Part shown: in pieces, positions 1 through 14,390 of the stretch
How the letters are laid out: each line of letters starts with the position of its first letter
Numbering within the stretch: position 1 is the stretch's first letter
Source: Camelus dromedarius
Lineage: Eukaryota
Reading direction: 5' to 3'
DNA length: 64,000 bases
Assembly: GCF_036321535.1 (NCBI RefSeq)
Contig: NC_087447.1
Coordinates: forward strand, 48,114,001-48,178,000
Notes under the pieces: generated by a model
Told to the model about the DNA's origin: nothing
Seen by the model: only the letters and a program-made list of their open reading frames with translations
Databases searched by the model: none
Program-made: the position numbers and the translations under genes

Positions 1-739
1 AGTGTTGATGGTTCAAGGAAGATACATTTTAATACAATGAAGTATTACATGTTCTGTGACAGGCGTAAGTACAAAGAGAACAGTCAATGCTACCTGGAAA
101 AGAAAGCAACAGCTTTATAGAGGAAGTGATGCTGGTACTAGAGTGTTTAAAATACAGTAAGGCTGTGTTTGCCAAGTTGAGAAGAGGAGGACCATTTAAA
201 CAGAAGTAACAACATGACAATGTAACAGCATACAGTAAATCCCAGAGATGGTAGGTAGTCAGGCAAGGTCAGGCTGAGAAGAGTGGGGTCACTGGGGGTG
301 ACCCTGGCAGCAGAAGAAAGAATGGAAGCTACTGTCTGGGCAAGAGATGATGAGATTCTGAGCTAAAGACAACAGCTGTGGAGAGGAAAGGCACAGATTT
401 GAGAAATGTTAAGATGATAGTACCTATACACTTAGTGAGTGCAGGAATATGAGCTGAGGAAATCCCAAATAGCAAAATTCTGAGAGAATGGTGGTGGCAT
501 TGGTTAAGACAAGAAACACATTAGAAGACGGTTTGGGGAAGAAGATAATGTGTTTCGGTTTTAAACCAACCCTGTGACTTTAAACCAGTCACTAAATACC
601 TCAGAGTTTCCTAGCTAGCAAAATGGTTACTACCACTTACCTCAAAGGCTGTGATGAGTTTAAAGAGAAAAATGGATAGAGGAAGGGTTGTATTATTATT
701 ACCCTTTACCTACAACTCTGTGGAAAAGACTGATAATAG

Positions 740-1220
740 TATCCAGTTTCCCTTTCTTCCTTTTAGTATAGACACTCCCCTATCCTCATTTTCTGCCAAG
801 ATTTAACTGAGGCACATGTGACCCAGCTAGAAACCATGTATCTCAGGTGTTACAATGAGGTATTCCATGTTTCTAAGAATAACGAATGAGATGCCAGGAG
901 AAGTGATGTATATGACCTCCAGATTTTTTTTTTAAGGCAACTATGTACTCTCTATTCTCTCTTCTCCCTTCTCATGACAAGAAGGTGAATGTGTTATTCA
1001 GCTATCCTTGAACATGCAGATGAGGACATCATCCTGGGAGAGCAAAGAGATAAAAGGAATCTGAATCCCTGGATGATTTCATGGAGCAGAACTTCTGCCC
1101 ACCTTGGTCATAAGAGATCTACTTCTTAACTGTTATGTAAGAGATAAATGTCTACTTTGTTTGAGCCACTAAATTTTTGAGTCTCTGTTTCAGCAGCTAT
1201 CCCGTACTCTTTAACTATAT
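740..1220 (+). mobile_element. Old MaLR LTR (MLT1-like)
   Basis: gagataaatgtctactttgtttgagccact ... cagcagct ... taactata. Confidence 0.6.
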
Positions 1221-2748
1221 ACCCTCCAAACTTATAAAACCTGCAAGGAACTGTGCAAGACAAATTTCAGGGCCCTAAACATCTACTAGATACTACCTTT
1301 AAGACTGGAGAGGAGACCATTCATCAGTAGATATGCACATGCACGCTCACAGACAAAATGAGAAGAGTTGGATTTATGTATGCCAAATGACAGAGCAGGA
1401 CCAGGTCCATAAGCAACTAATCAAGATTGAAAATTCTGATTTTTGATCTCATACAGTTTCCACAATAAAGTGACTAACTCTTTAAAGGTACAGTAATATG
1501 TAGATTAATACCTGACACTCAAATCTACAATCTGGAACAAAGGAATCAATTATGACATTCCTAGGTAAGGTAATTTACATCAACACAACCACCATGTCAG
1601 ACTGAAATAAGAAGAGGGGCTTAGGAATTCTCAAACATTTTGCACTATAATCATACACACAAAAATAACACAGGGCAACATACATGGAAAACCAATCACC
1701 TAGGCTATGTCATGGCTATATCTGAATGTGATATTGCCTAGAAGCTAAATGAAGCCAAACCAGCTTCTCAAGGACCTGGGAGAAGGCTATTAATGGAACT
1801 AGCTCCTTGATCTGTTTGTTGCTATTAGGATGTTCCTACCAAAAGCCACACTATCTATTTATCTATCTGTTTGTTTATTTACAGGACAGATGAGCCAAGC
1901 CTCTGGAGCCTATGACTTTGGCCATGTGATGTCAACTTTAGGGCAATATCTGGCTTCAAAATTGCTAAAGTAAGAAAATAGTTTTCAAAGGAGAGTATGC
2001 TGCGGCAAAAACAGAGAAACTTAGGTTCTAGTCCCAGGTTATTTATTTTCAAACTGTATGACCTTGAACAAATGAACTGACTTCCCTGCACTTCCAGTCC
2101 GTATCTGCAACATAGGAGAGAGTGTGAGAATGGAGCAGATGATGAGCTCATCAAGCTGTATTAAGTTCCAAAGTCTGTAAATCTTCTAATGATACACTAC
2201 TAAATTAGCCTCCTACTATTTTAATTTTAATATTTCAACGTTAAAAAAAAGCAAGTCACAATATAGCATCACTTCAATTTATGTAAAATGTATATTTATG
2301 CAAAAAATACTAGAAAACTAATTTTCTATCTTCTTCATAGAAATACAAAAAAAAATCTGACAAGGCAATCAAAGAATTCAGTACAACTGAGTTCACCTAG
2401 ACTTTAGAAAAATTGCTTCTTCAAATATTACAAATGCATAAATACAATCCCTCTCTCATATGAAGACTCTGTTAGACAATTGCCATAAACTGGCTAAAAT
2501 ATATATGAAATGCCACTGTTAATTAGTGTTACAGTAATTCTCAAACATAATCAAATAGTGACCAAGAATGAAGCAATCAGGAGAAAGCACAGGATATTAA
2601 AGTAAACTAGCAATTTTATCATCATCACTTTTTAATAATACTAGACTCAGCATGAACTCTTTCAATCATGCATTCCCTCAGCAACCTTTACAGAAAACAT
2701 GCTCTGTGTCAGGTAATAGGAAAGCAGGGATCTCTCTCCCCTCCACCC

Positions 2749-2751
<3 letters not shown>

Positions 2752-2815
<64 letters not shown>
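2752..2815. repeat. Compound microsatellite (TC)n(AC)n
   Basis: Direct reading. Confidence 0.98.
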
Positions 2816-5402
2816 GAGTTGTCTGTCTACCCTCAAGGAACTCTCTTAGTCTATCTACTACAGAATTTTGCTCCTTGAGTTTGAAGTGGGGCACACAAAG
2901 ATTTTTTAAACCTGCCTCTTATCTCCAGATAGTCTAGATAAAGAAATCTATTCTCCAAATCCAAAAAGATTATTGTGCATTCCTAAGAAAACAGATGGGC
3001 AGCTCTAACCAGTAGCTACAGTATGATATAGGGGAAATAATACGGGAGCTGGAGTCAGGAACCCAAGTATTTGGAGTTCAGATTCTGCCACTCAACAAAT
3101 GCATAACCTTATGTAATTAATTCACTTCACTTTTCCTCACCTATAAAATGAATACAGTATACCTGCTTCACAGAGTTTTAAATTGCAAATAAGAGAGATA
3201 ATATGTCTTATATATACCTATATATACTTACAAGCAGTTTCTGAGAAAATACAATGTAGAGATTAAGAACGTAGGCTTTGAAGTCAGGCTGACCTGGTTC
3301 TAATCACAGTTGCATCCTTTCATTATTTGTGAGAATGAGCAAGTTATTTCCTTTCTCTGTCTCAATTTTTTCTTCTATAGAATGGGGATAATGAGGATTA
3401 AAACAAACACTGCACTTGGAACAAAGCCAGACATACAGCACAGTGTTAGCTAGCATCATCATTATTAGGTCTGTGCTGAATACAATGAATACAAAGATGA
3501 AAATATACATATGGTCCTGCCCCAAAAGAGCTACCAGTTTAATGCAAGAAACAGGTCAGTAAAAAGAAAAATTTTAAATAAAATACCTCCCTAAGAAAAA
3601 ACTATGCAAATATCAGTTGAAATTATTATATATGAAGTTAATATAAAAAAGTAACCCACTGATCCTGAGTGAGGCTTACAGAAATCTATCTCCTACATAA
3701 CCACTGGAACACCTTCATACTAACAAAGGGGGTAAAAGAAAGAAGCCTAAATGTTTTCTTAAAGCCAAATAAAATGGAAACTTGAAACTATCCTGTACAA
3801 CAACTACTCTATCCCAATACTCAAAAGAGAAGGCAATGATCCGGACAACATAATGTAGTGACTTGTAGTAAAGAAAAGCTGACATCCTCCCGAGAGAAAA
3901 ATGAAAAAACTGGTGTAGTACCAAAATCCAGAGACAGAAGGCCTTCTTCATATGAAAAAAATCTTTATTTTAACCAATACACTGCAGCATTCAGATACAT
4001 CAATAATGAAACACATTACAATTTTTGGTTGATATTCCACTTAGGAAAAATACCATCTGCATTACTGAAATGCTGTGAACAGAACCAATTTTCAGGGAAG
4101 AGATAACCTGAATATGACTTCATAAAATTAAGCTTTTAGTCTGTGAAAGCAGATCCCCCACTTGCCAGCCACCTGCACCTCTTTAAATGAAAATATGCCA
4201 ATATGCTCATCTGAGAGACACCAATTGATTCATGCACAAGCACAAGCTTCACCTGGAACTTCCCCCCCACCTCAAATGAACACACTTAGCTGTTGAGGGC
4301 TAGGAGGAGCTGGAATGAAATAAAATCTATTTTAACTTCTGTACATATTCCTAGAAAACTTAAAACTGGGATTTCAACTTAAGTGTCCTCATGAGATAAG
4401 CTACAGCTGTCACCTCCAATCCTACTCTTTCAACCAGTTTTCCACATACTGCCCAGTGTTCTAAGTTTTTCTGATCAAGGAGCCTCCCTCTTCTTTGCTC
4501 TATGGCTCAAAATTAGACCAAGATCCAAACCTCTAATCTAAACTATTACCTAAGTTCATGCAGCCTGCCTCACAGCTGTACTCCCACCCCCACTCCATTC
4601 TCACATCTACCATCCAGTTATATTCACTCAATGAGCAGGACCTCATTCTGGCCTCTGCTCTCCAGCTGTCCCCAAGAGCTAACATAAAACTCAACAAAAT
4701 GCTTCCTTTATATAATTCAAGTGAAATTTAAAATTTCTTTCTTAAAACAGTAGTGAATTCTAAGTCCCACCTAGTTTAACTATGAAAGTCACATAATGAT
4801 TACTATCTCACCTAGCATTTTTCAATTTAAAAGGCATCTTCACATCCATTATCTTATTTGATCCTCACAACAAAACGGGTCAGCTATTATTATTCCTCTT
4901 CCAAGTCTCAGCTATATAAAGTCAGTTGTTCCCAGAAACTCAGCTAGTAAGCAGCAAAGCTAGAATCTACTAAGAGTACAAACAAGGAACCATAGATCTA
5001 TCTAAATGTCCCTTGAATAAATTACCTAGTTTGGGCAGCAAGTTTCTAGAGAAAAATGAACTCTATCAGTTTAACAGCATCAACATGAAATGTAAAAAAG
5101 TGGCACTAGAAGTGGGCCATCTTTTAATAAATTCTGTGGCCAGCAATGAAAGAAGTATCAAATTATCCCAGTAGTTAACTAATAGTAGAGTTAGTAAAGA
5201 AGGAAGCAAACCAGCACTTACTGAGCCCCTACTATGTTACAGGCATATACTAGGCACTATCACATACACTAACCTTAACATTCCTATAAAGTGAGTATCA
5301 TATCCCTATTTTGCAGATAAGCAAAATGAGGCTTATGCCAGGGGTAAGGGTTAGTCAATGAGGGTTAAAAGGTTTTCCAAGATCATCCAATAAGTGGCAG
5401 TG

Positions 5403-5500
5403 AGAGGGGGAGGGTATAACTCAGTGACAGAGTGCATGCTTAGCGTACATGAGGTCCTGGGTTCAATCCCTAGTACTTCCAATAAAAAAAAAAATGTTTT
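5403..5500 (+). mobile_element. tRNA-Ala-derived camelid SINE (Vic-1 type)
   Basis: A and B boxes, A tail, perfect 12-bp TSD taagtggcagtg (5391-5402 and 5501-5512). Confidence 0.9.
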
Positions 5501-8500
5501 TAAGTGGCAGTGCCAAAATTTTAAAACCTAGTCCCAAACTACAACTCTGGGGCTATTTCCAGTGAATATACTATGCTCCGACACCTTTTAAAGAAAGTTC
5601 CTAAAACAGAGTATGTCTGGAAGGCCTTTAATAGTAAGATAATCAAAATACTCCACGTACTTAAAACTGCCAAAATAATACAAGATTAGATGACAGGAAG
5701 AACAATCAGATATATACATCAGATGCTAGGTACTAATACACTAATCACTAATACCTAAGGGCTTAATTAAAGAAACTTAAATGTATCTTCAGGTGTATCT
5801 TCAGATTGTCAAATGCTATAATTGACAACCTAGCATGAGCTTTGAATCTAGTCAACTGCCCACCACTAATTAGCTAAGATATCTTAATCTGGTCACTTAA
5901 ATTCTCTGAATTTAGGCTTCTGCATATGTAAAATGGAAACAATACCTAACTCTCAGGTTCTAATTAAAACACCTAGGGCAATGTCTAGCACGTGGTAACC
6001 AGCCTCCTTTGCCCTCTGTGGATATGCCCAACAAATACATGTAGATGAAAATTTAAAACTCAAACATACGATTTTCCAAATAGAATGGAATGTTTGGTAC
6101 CATGGAAAGTAAATATTCTGATAACTAAAATTTTGTCATTGGATAGATAAAATCTTAATAAAAAAAAATTCCAGATGACAATCAAAACCCAGCTCAGCTT
6201 TTTTTGCCTTGAATCCCTAAGCAGAATTTCTTCCGTTCAGAGATCCTCTAGTTACCTAGTAACCACCTGCCAGTCCCAGAAAGAAAGAAAACTGGCTCTG
6301 CATTGGACTAATTACCCAACCAGCCTGAACAATCTAAAATGAAGCATGGAATAAAGAGAATTGTTAGCCAGAATGTTAGTGAAATTATCCACAACAGGAG
6401 ACCTCAGAATCCAAATACCACTGGGCAGTTATTTCCATGAGAATAAAATCACAATTTATGAGCCCTGCAAATTACACCATTATTAAAACAAACATCCCAC
6501 TGAGGCTACAGCTATCAGATAAATGGCTTTATTGTCCCCATTGTTTTCATCCACTGCAGCAAAGAGGTGCAAACTGAATGAGCGGTTACCAGAAGCAGCA
6601 ATTTCTAGGAAATTACAATGCAGACCTCCATCTTAAAGCTCCCTTTGTGTTGGGCTGTAAACGCTCTGGTGGGGAAGAAGGGAAGGAGAATCAACCCTTC
6701 TCCACTGCCCCCAAACTCAAAGATCCTGACAACTTTACAAGCAGAGCTCACCAGTTATCCCCACATTTTCCTATCTGTTCTTCCCCTCAGTAGGTCATTC
6801 CTGGGCTCACCCAGGAGGAAAACTCTGAACTTAGCAAATCCACTTTATTCACGAAGAAGCCTTTAGACAATTCTCCAACCCAAACAAACACAGACAGAAG
6901 AGACAAGAAAATGGCCTCTGGTTTCCCTGGCTCCTTCAGTACAAAGTACCTCCTGCTACAGCAACGAGAATTAATGAGAAAGTACAAAAACATGGCATCA
7001 CCCCTCCCACTATTTGGGAGAAAAAAATCCCTTTACAATAACTGCTAGCATCATAAACCTCAAACTGCATTTTCAGACTTAAATGGGAAATCTGAGACAC
7101 CATTTAATGGCTGTCCTGGGCCAAACATGGATCATGGAATGGGGAAGGCAAAAGTAATCCCTTCAGTAATAGCTCACTGAACTCCAAAAATCTACCAATT
7201 TTGGAAATGGAAGGCAGGAAACTAATATCACTGGGTATCTGCTATTTGCCAACCGCTGTACACACTTTATTTCTAATTCTCACAACAACCCTCTGAGGAA
7301 GACCAGACATCTCTTATTGACAGATGAGAATTCAAGCCTCAGAGAAAGTAAATAATTTGCCCAAGGTCACACAGCTACTAAACTAAGATTTGAATTAAAG
7401 TTGACTTAAAATTCTAAGCACTTTTAACCTTTGGTTAAAGCTACCTATTCGTAAAACCTAATAAAATATACTTTAAAAAAAAACCCAAAACCTCTAGGAT
7501 ATTAAATTTAAATGCTAACTGAATCTTTTACAAAGTTCCAACACTACAAGACAGTCATGGGACAATGCAGGTGAACTATGATGTCACCATACAATTCATT
7601 TTCAAAATTCTCCTTTAATCCTCCCAACAAATTTGTGTGGAATGATCCTCCCCAACATTACATATAAGAAAACTAAGGCTCAGAAAAATTCTTATGACTT
7701 GCCCAAGGCACCATGGAAACTAAACCCAAAAACTGACTACAAGCTCATTGCTCATCCAATTTTATCACAATGCCAGACTTAAGCATAAAGAACACAAAAA
7801 TCTGCTGCGGAGTTCTTGGCTTATTTATGAAGAACATCTGTTCATAATTAATAGCATGTGGAACATTGGGCACTGAGGAGAGAAGGAAGGAGTACCAGAA
7901 AGTCCTTTAGGGCCTCAAGCTGCCTAAGTCTAAATTTCCCCGTTTCAAGGAAGCTCATTCAGTGAGAGGGGACACAAGGTCTAGGTGATAGAAAAGCATT
8001 TTGGAGCTCTGAACTCCTAAATGTACTCTGGGCTACCAGCTGAAAGCTAGGTTGGTGACCTTCAGGGATTGAAGGCCAGCTATAACCAGCTACCATGCTA
8101 GGCTCTTTTTACACTGTTCCTCTCTTCCTCACGGTCCTTTGGGCTGGTGATAAAACAGAATTCCTATTTTACAGCTGAGAAATAAAATGACTTCTCCAAA
8201 GTCACCCAACTAACACAGTGGCAGATTGGGGATCTAAATCCTGATTGCTCTGACTCCAAAACCACTGTTTAGTCTATAGTAATAGAAGGCAGACCAACGC
8301 TTGCTTGGATGAGGGATCAGGGAGAGCAGGAGGAAGAGACTGCTTAGGGAGACTTTGGGAGGTAATGAATATATTCACTACTTGAATTGTGGTGACGGTT
8401 TCATAGATGTATACATATGCCAAAACTTTGCGAACTATATTAAATTTGTGTCATTCACTTATTGTTCATCAATTTTACCTCAATAAAACTGTTTAGGGAG

Positions 8501-8538
8501 GAGAAAAACACAGTTCTTTTTACTAACCACTGACCATG

Positions 8539-8596
8539 ACCCCAGAATACCTGCCTTTAAATTGTGTACCCCAGAATACCTGCCTTTAAATTGTGT
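8539..8596. repeat. Perfect 29-bp tandem duplication
   Basis: accccagaatacctgcctttaaattgtgt x2. Confidence 0.97.
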
Positions 8597-11500
8597 CTGA
8601 CATACAGAAGCCAGGTCAAAGAGTTCTTTCCCTAACCAATTTAGTTCTGAGTCTATGTAAACTGTCAGTAAAACATTAGTTTTAAGTACCTAAGACTAAC
8701 AATTTACTTCCACTCTACAAAACTTCAAAATACATTGCCAAACAAATAAAATGTTAATTACAAAATGTAGCCTAGTAAAAAGATAGAGTAACTGCATCAC
8801 CCAAACCTGGATTGAATCCCATCCTTAGTTCTTTCAAATGAATCTAGTCAGGCTGCTAAATCTGTATCCAGTTCCTCATTTATAAAATGAAAGTGATAAC
8901 AATACTACCATTTATTGAAACTGTACTACGTGACAAACTCCAATCTAAGCACTTTATCTCATTATCTCATTTAATTCCCCCAACAACTATACACTGTGAA
9001 TACCTCTATATCCCCATCTCATAGATGGATAAATAAGTTATATAAAGATTAAGTAACTTTGAGATCATAGAGCCAGTGAGTGCAAGAGCTGGGATTTAAA
9101 CTCACTTTGCAAAATTATTTAGAGGAATGCACTTGAAGAAAGAAGTAAAATGTTATGAGTGTTAATATAAATGACAGAACGTCTCCTCTCTTCTTTAAGC
9201 AAGTTTCTCTAAAGAAGTCTATTGTATTCAAAGGGGAAACTTTTAATATTCTACAAATTAAACTTTTAACTGATTATGGCTAATGATGTGCACTTTACCC
9301 AACTTATCCCTAATTCTCTGCAAATTAACTATTATTTTTCTGTTTTACTGATGGAGAAAATGCAATTCTGAAGTGTTAAATAATTTTTAATGGTGGCACA
9401 GACATAGGTCTTCTGACAAGAAATGGAGCTCTTTCGAATTCAGCTTGTATTCCAAGCTACCAAGAACCACATTCAGTACTTTTTCAGAGACCACTCCTTA
9501 AGCATCTTAAGTAGTATGTTCCATAACAGCACAGAACCAAAGTTTTGTGAATTCTGGACTTAAAATTCTTTGCCTTAATTCATGATGCTTACAGTGTTAA
9601 CACTTCATAAATGACATTTACGCACTAACATACCCAATCTTTTTCTCTTTTCTGGTGTGATTAATAATATTTATTTACCACATTAATGAGGTTCTTTCAT
9701 GTATATTAAATCCTCGCAACTTTCAAAAGTAGATATAGACGTGATTATCCTCACTTTACGGTGGAAAAAACTGAGATTCAGAGAACTTAAACAACTTGCC
9801 CCAAATCAGACAGCTTAAGTGGCTGAGGTGGGGTTCAAATCCAGATTTTGTGACTCTACAATCCAGAATCTTCCACACACAAAACCCAGTCTTCCTTCAG
9901 AAATAAGTTGAGGTGTCTATTCCTCCTAGACCTCTTCCCTGAAAAAGGCATTAACATCTTCCACACTGCTACTTATTTTACAGCATCTACAACACATTGA
10001 ACTGTAATGTATTTGTTTATACCTTCTCCCTTACACCAGGGAGCTCCTTAGAGACAGAGACCACATCTTAACTCATCTCTGTGTACCAGAACCTACCTAG
10101 CACAGAGTCTGACATCCATGTTAACTAAACGAATGCATGCATAAATAATTATTTTTGCCTGCTACTAAGACTAAATATTTTTTGGAAGCCATAATTTAAA
10201 TTGCCTCTTAGGAACTATGAAGGGTTTAATAAGGCTTAAAATCCCCACATTTCTTAAAGTCTCAGTCATCCCACCACCATAATAGATATGTTAAATCCTA
10301 CATTTAGGCTTAAAAAAATCAAATGCACAAGCAGAATACTGATACAATCTGGTTTTGCAGCATTTACTATGTTATCTAAAAGTTAAAATGTTATCTAAAA
10401 CCAAAAAATTAATAAAGAGATAACTTGGAAGCAGAGAAAAGAACTAAGAGTTAGAAAAGCAATCATGCATATATCCAGAAGGAATTTTAATTCAAAAAGA
10501 CACATGCACCCCAATGTTCACAGCAACACTATTTATGACAGTCAAGACATGGAAGCAATCTAAATGAGGTGCAGAAAAGCAAAGTAACTTGCCCAAGTAA
10601 GGCAGGAAGCAAAGGTACAATAGACGTATTATCTATTTCCTTAAAAATCTAAGGAAAATTCATCCCATTGGATCTCTTTGATTCCTAAATGTCCAAATTA
10701 TTTAAATAGTCTGATAGTCTATCTTAAAGACTGATTCTTTCTCCATGACCATAAATGGTGACCAGACCTTAGCATGCACCAATCTACACTGCAGTCCTAC
10801 TCTGTAAAAACTGGTTCATTCATTTAGCACCAACTCAATTATTCAACAAAAAAGTACTATGCCCTACTAGGTTCCAGGTATCAAGGATACAGAAGTTATC
10901 AGTGAGATACTGTCCTTGGAAGATAGCACAGCATACAGAAAGACTACTCACAGGCTTTGGAGGTAGAAAAGTCTGGGGATAAACCCCACCCTAGTCACTT
11001 ACTGGCTGATGAACCTGAGTAGGCTCCACATTTCTGAGCCTCCTAAGTTTTCTCATGTGTAAAATAAAATAATTATGACCACCCTACAGGATAATTGTTG
11101 AGTTTAAATAAGATACTACACATAAAGGGCCTAGCACAATGTAGGCACACAATGAATGTTAATTCTCCTCCTCCTTCCCCAAACTAAGGCTCCAGGCTGT
11201 ATAGGGGTGTTAGCTGAAAATTAAAATAATGCTTGATATCATAGTACTCTGCTCAATCACAGTGAAAAACCAAAGACATTACACAACAAGATCACTTGGC
11301 TATGGCTTCATCTGCATCTTTTCCTTTTTCTACTGCAAATGCTCCAGGCTGAGGGTAGGAGGATAGAGAGACTTTTAATCACAGCTATGCACACTTCTCT
11401 AAAGGCACTTCATACCTTTCCTTCACCACAAAGTGGTGAAGAATAAGCATCAAGCCCAATAACTTTCTAACATCCTGACAAAGTTTTAAACTGCTCAACT

Positions 11501-11649
11501 CAAAAGTGTTTTGGTACTACTAAGCCAAGGGAAAACCAACAGCATGCTGGCTTTTAAAGCAATATTTTTAGTAAAAGTTTAACAAATCCACCTATTCTCC
11601 CAATAAGGAATAAGTAAAGCCTAGAAATATAAGTATACTAATAAATAAA

Positions 11650-14390
11650 ACTAAACCATCTTGTATTAAATTAAGGCAGTGACACCAAACTGTGATAGTG
11701 TCATTGCATTCCTCATGGCCACACCAGAAAGAAGAAAAAAAAAACTAGTTGCAGTTTCAACAGACAATGTTCTTAAGAAAAGACGCAATAAACCTAGAAG
11801 AAAACATAGGCAAAACATTATCTCACATATATCTCAGCAATATTCTCCTAGGGCAGTCTACCCAAGCAAAAGAAATAAAAGCAAAAATAAACAAATGGGA
11901 CCTAATTAAACTTACAAGCTTTTGCACAGCAAAGGAAACCATAAGCAAAACAAAATGACAACCTGCAGAATGGGAGAAAATATTTGCAAAAGGTGACAGG
12001 GAAAAGGGCTTGATCTTCAGAATATAGAAACAGCTCACACGACTTAAGAAAAAAACAACCCAATCCAAAAATGGGTAGAAGACCTAAACAAGCAATTCTC
12101 CAAGGAAGACGTATGAATGACCAATAGGCCCATGAAAAAATGCTCAATATCACTAATTATCAGAGAAATGCAAATCAAAACTACAATGAGGTATCACCTC
12201 ACACCAGAGTGGCCATCATTCAAAAGTCCCCAAACAGTAAATGCTGGAAAGGCTGCTGGAGAAAAGAGAACCCTCCTACACTGTTGGTGGGAATGTAGTT
12301 TGGTGGGAATGTAGTTTGGTGGGAATGTAGTTTGGTGTGAATGTAGTTTGGTGCAGCAGTTACAAAAAACAGTATGGAGATTCCTCAAAAGACTAAAAAT
12401 AGACATACCATATGATCCAGCAATCCCACTCCTGGGCATATATCCAGAAGGAACCCTACTTCAGGATGACACCTGCACCCCAGTGTTCATAGCAACACTA
12501 TTTACAATAGCCAAGACATGGAAACAGCCTAAATGTCTATCAACAGATGACTAGATAAAGAAGTTGTGGTATATTTATACAATGGACTACTACTCAGGCA
12601 TAAAAATGACAACATAATGTCATTTGCAGCAACATGGATGTCCCTGGAGAACGTCATTCTAAGTGAAGTAAGTCAGAAAGAGAAAGAAAAATACCATATG
12701 ATATCATTCATATGGGGAATCTAAAAAAAAAAAGCCAAATTAACTTATATATAAAACAGAAACAGACTCACAGACATAGAATACAGACTTGTGGCTGCTG
12801 GGCGGAGAAGGGTGGGAAGGGATAAACTGGGAGTTTGAAATTTGCAGATACTGACTAGTATATATAAAATAGATAAACAAGTTTATACTGCATAGCACAG
12901 GGAAATATTTTCAATATCTTGTAGCTCATGGTGAAAAAGAATATGAAAATGAATATATGTATATTCGTGTATGACTGAAGAACTGTGCTGTACACCAGAA
13001 ATTGACCCAACATTGTAAACTGACTATAACTCAATAAAAAAAATCCAACACAGCCAATTTAAAGAAAAACTATATGATCAATTAATCAGACTTAATTTAC
13101 AAACAAATTAATCTTAATTTGACTATATTTGATAAAAATAAGTATAATTATAGAGAAAAAAGATTGTTTTAGTAGATATTCTAAATTTGTTTATTGAGGT
13201 CTCTATTTACTAAGACTCACTTCCCAGACCATTCCTGGCTGTTATATTGCTTTCAAGTATTAAAAAAAACTATATTCATTTTACTGCAACTTGCAATAAA
13301 CAGAAAACAAAGGAAAAAATAGAGAATGTTCTTGCTGAAGCCACAAAAAATATTAACTTAATTAAATTTCAGTCCTTAACTACACATCTTTTTAGTATTC
13401 TGTGATGAAATAGGAAACACACATAAAGCACTTCTGCATACCAAAAACAAGCGTTAGAGTTAGCTCAAGGAGAAACACTAAGGCACTTGCACAACTGAGT
13501 TGCAAGCTGAACTAGCTGCTTTCTTTCCCCCATGAAACATCATTTTTACTTGAAAGAAATACTGTCAGACAAACTGATTATTCAGACTTGGATGTTTGGC
13601 AGACATTTTTTCAAAAATGAACAATGTGAGACTGTCACTTCAAGGAAAATAACTGTCAGTATTCGTTGCCAACGATAAAATTTGAGCTTTCAAACGAAAA
13701 TTAGAGACTTGTCTGATGAGACTGGTGGTGATATTAACAAATGTGATTTTTTTGACATTATACAATAAAATGTCAACATTTTAGAAGCTCTGTATAACTC
13801 AATGAGCCAACATTTTCCAAATGACCAATGTATGATGATACAAAATTACACATGGGTAGAAAATCCATTCAAAGTACAAAACAGACCAATGGACTTTAGT
13901 GTAACAGAGCATGAAAGGTTCACTGATATGGTTTCAGATTCCACAAGGTAATGGACCTTTACGAAACTATCAGCTGACAAGTTCTGGTGTAGTATAAGAA
14001 GAAAGAATATCCACAATTACTTAAAAGTCAATGAAAACATTCCTTCCTTTCCTAGCCACATAAGTATGTGGGACTGGATTTTCTTTATATACCACAAAGA
14101 AAATAACCAGTTGCAACAGACTGAATGTAGAAGCAGATATGTACCCAGTCAGACAGTAAAGAGATTTGGAAAGATATAAAATATTATTCTTCTAATTTGG
14201 GGGGATAATATAGTTATTTTCACTAAAATAAGCTAATATTTAATGGGTTTATTATTTTAAATAAGTAGTTTTTAATTTCACAGTTTTAATTTTTTATACA
14301 TTAAATATTTGATAGATACAACCCACACACAAGAGCTCTCTGGGGTCTTTAATAGTAAGAGTGAAGACACCAAAATGTTTGAGAACTATC
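11650..14390 (+). mobile_element. Decayed hAT Charlie1-type DNA transposon, interrupted by the insertion at 11775-13320
   Basis: Relic transposase frame near 13580-13700 reads LFRLGCLADIFSKMNNVRLSLQGK*..AFKRKL (Charlie/Buster-like); terminal tttgagaac at ~14380. Confidence 0.8.
11775..13043 (+). mobile_element. 5'-truncated young LINE-1 (ORF2 C-terminus and 3' UTR)
   Basis: ORF-track peptides ([47 protein letters not shown]) are L1 ORF2 motifs; ends in aataaaaaaaa. Confidence 0.96.

Noticed and set aside
2652..2937. ORFs with SLSLSL/HTHTHT runs
   Set aside because: Translation of the (TC)n(AC)n microsatellite.
12284..12353. CRISPR-like repeat array
   Set aside because: Head-to-tail units with no spacers, inside a mammalian L1; no cas genes.
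13540..14160. Domesticated Buster/ZBED-like transposase gene
   Set aside because: Multiple stops and frameshifts, an internal deletion and an L1 interruption; a fossil.
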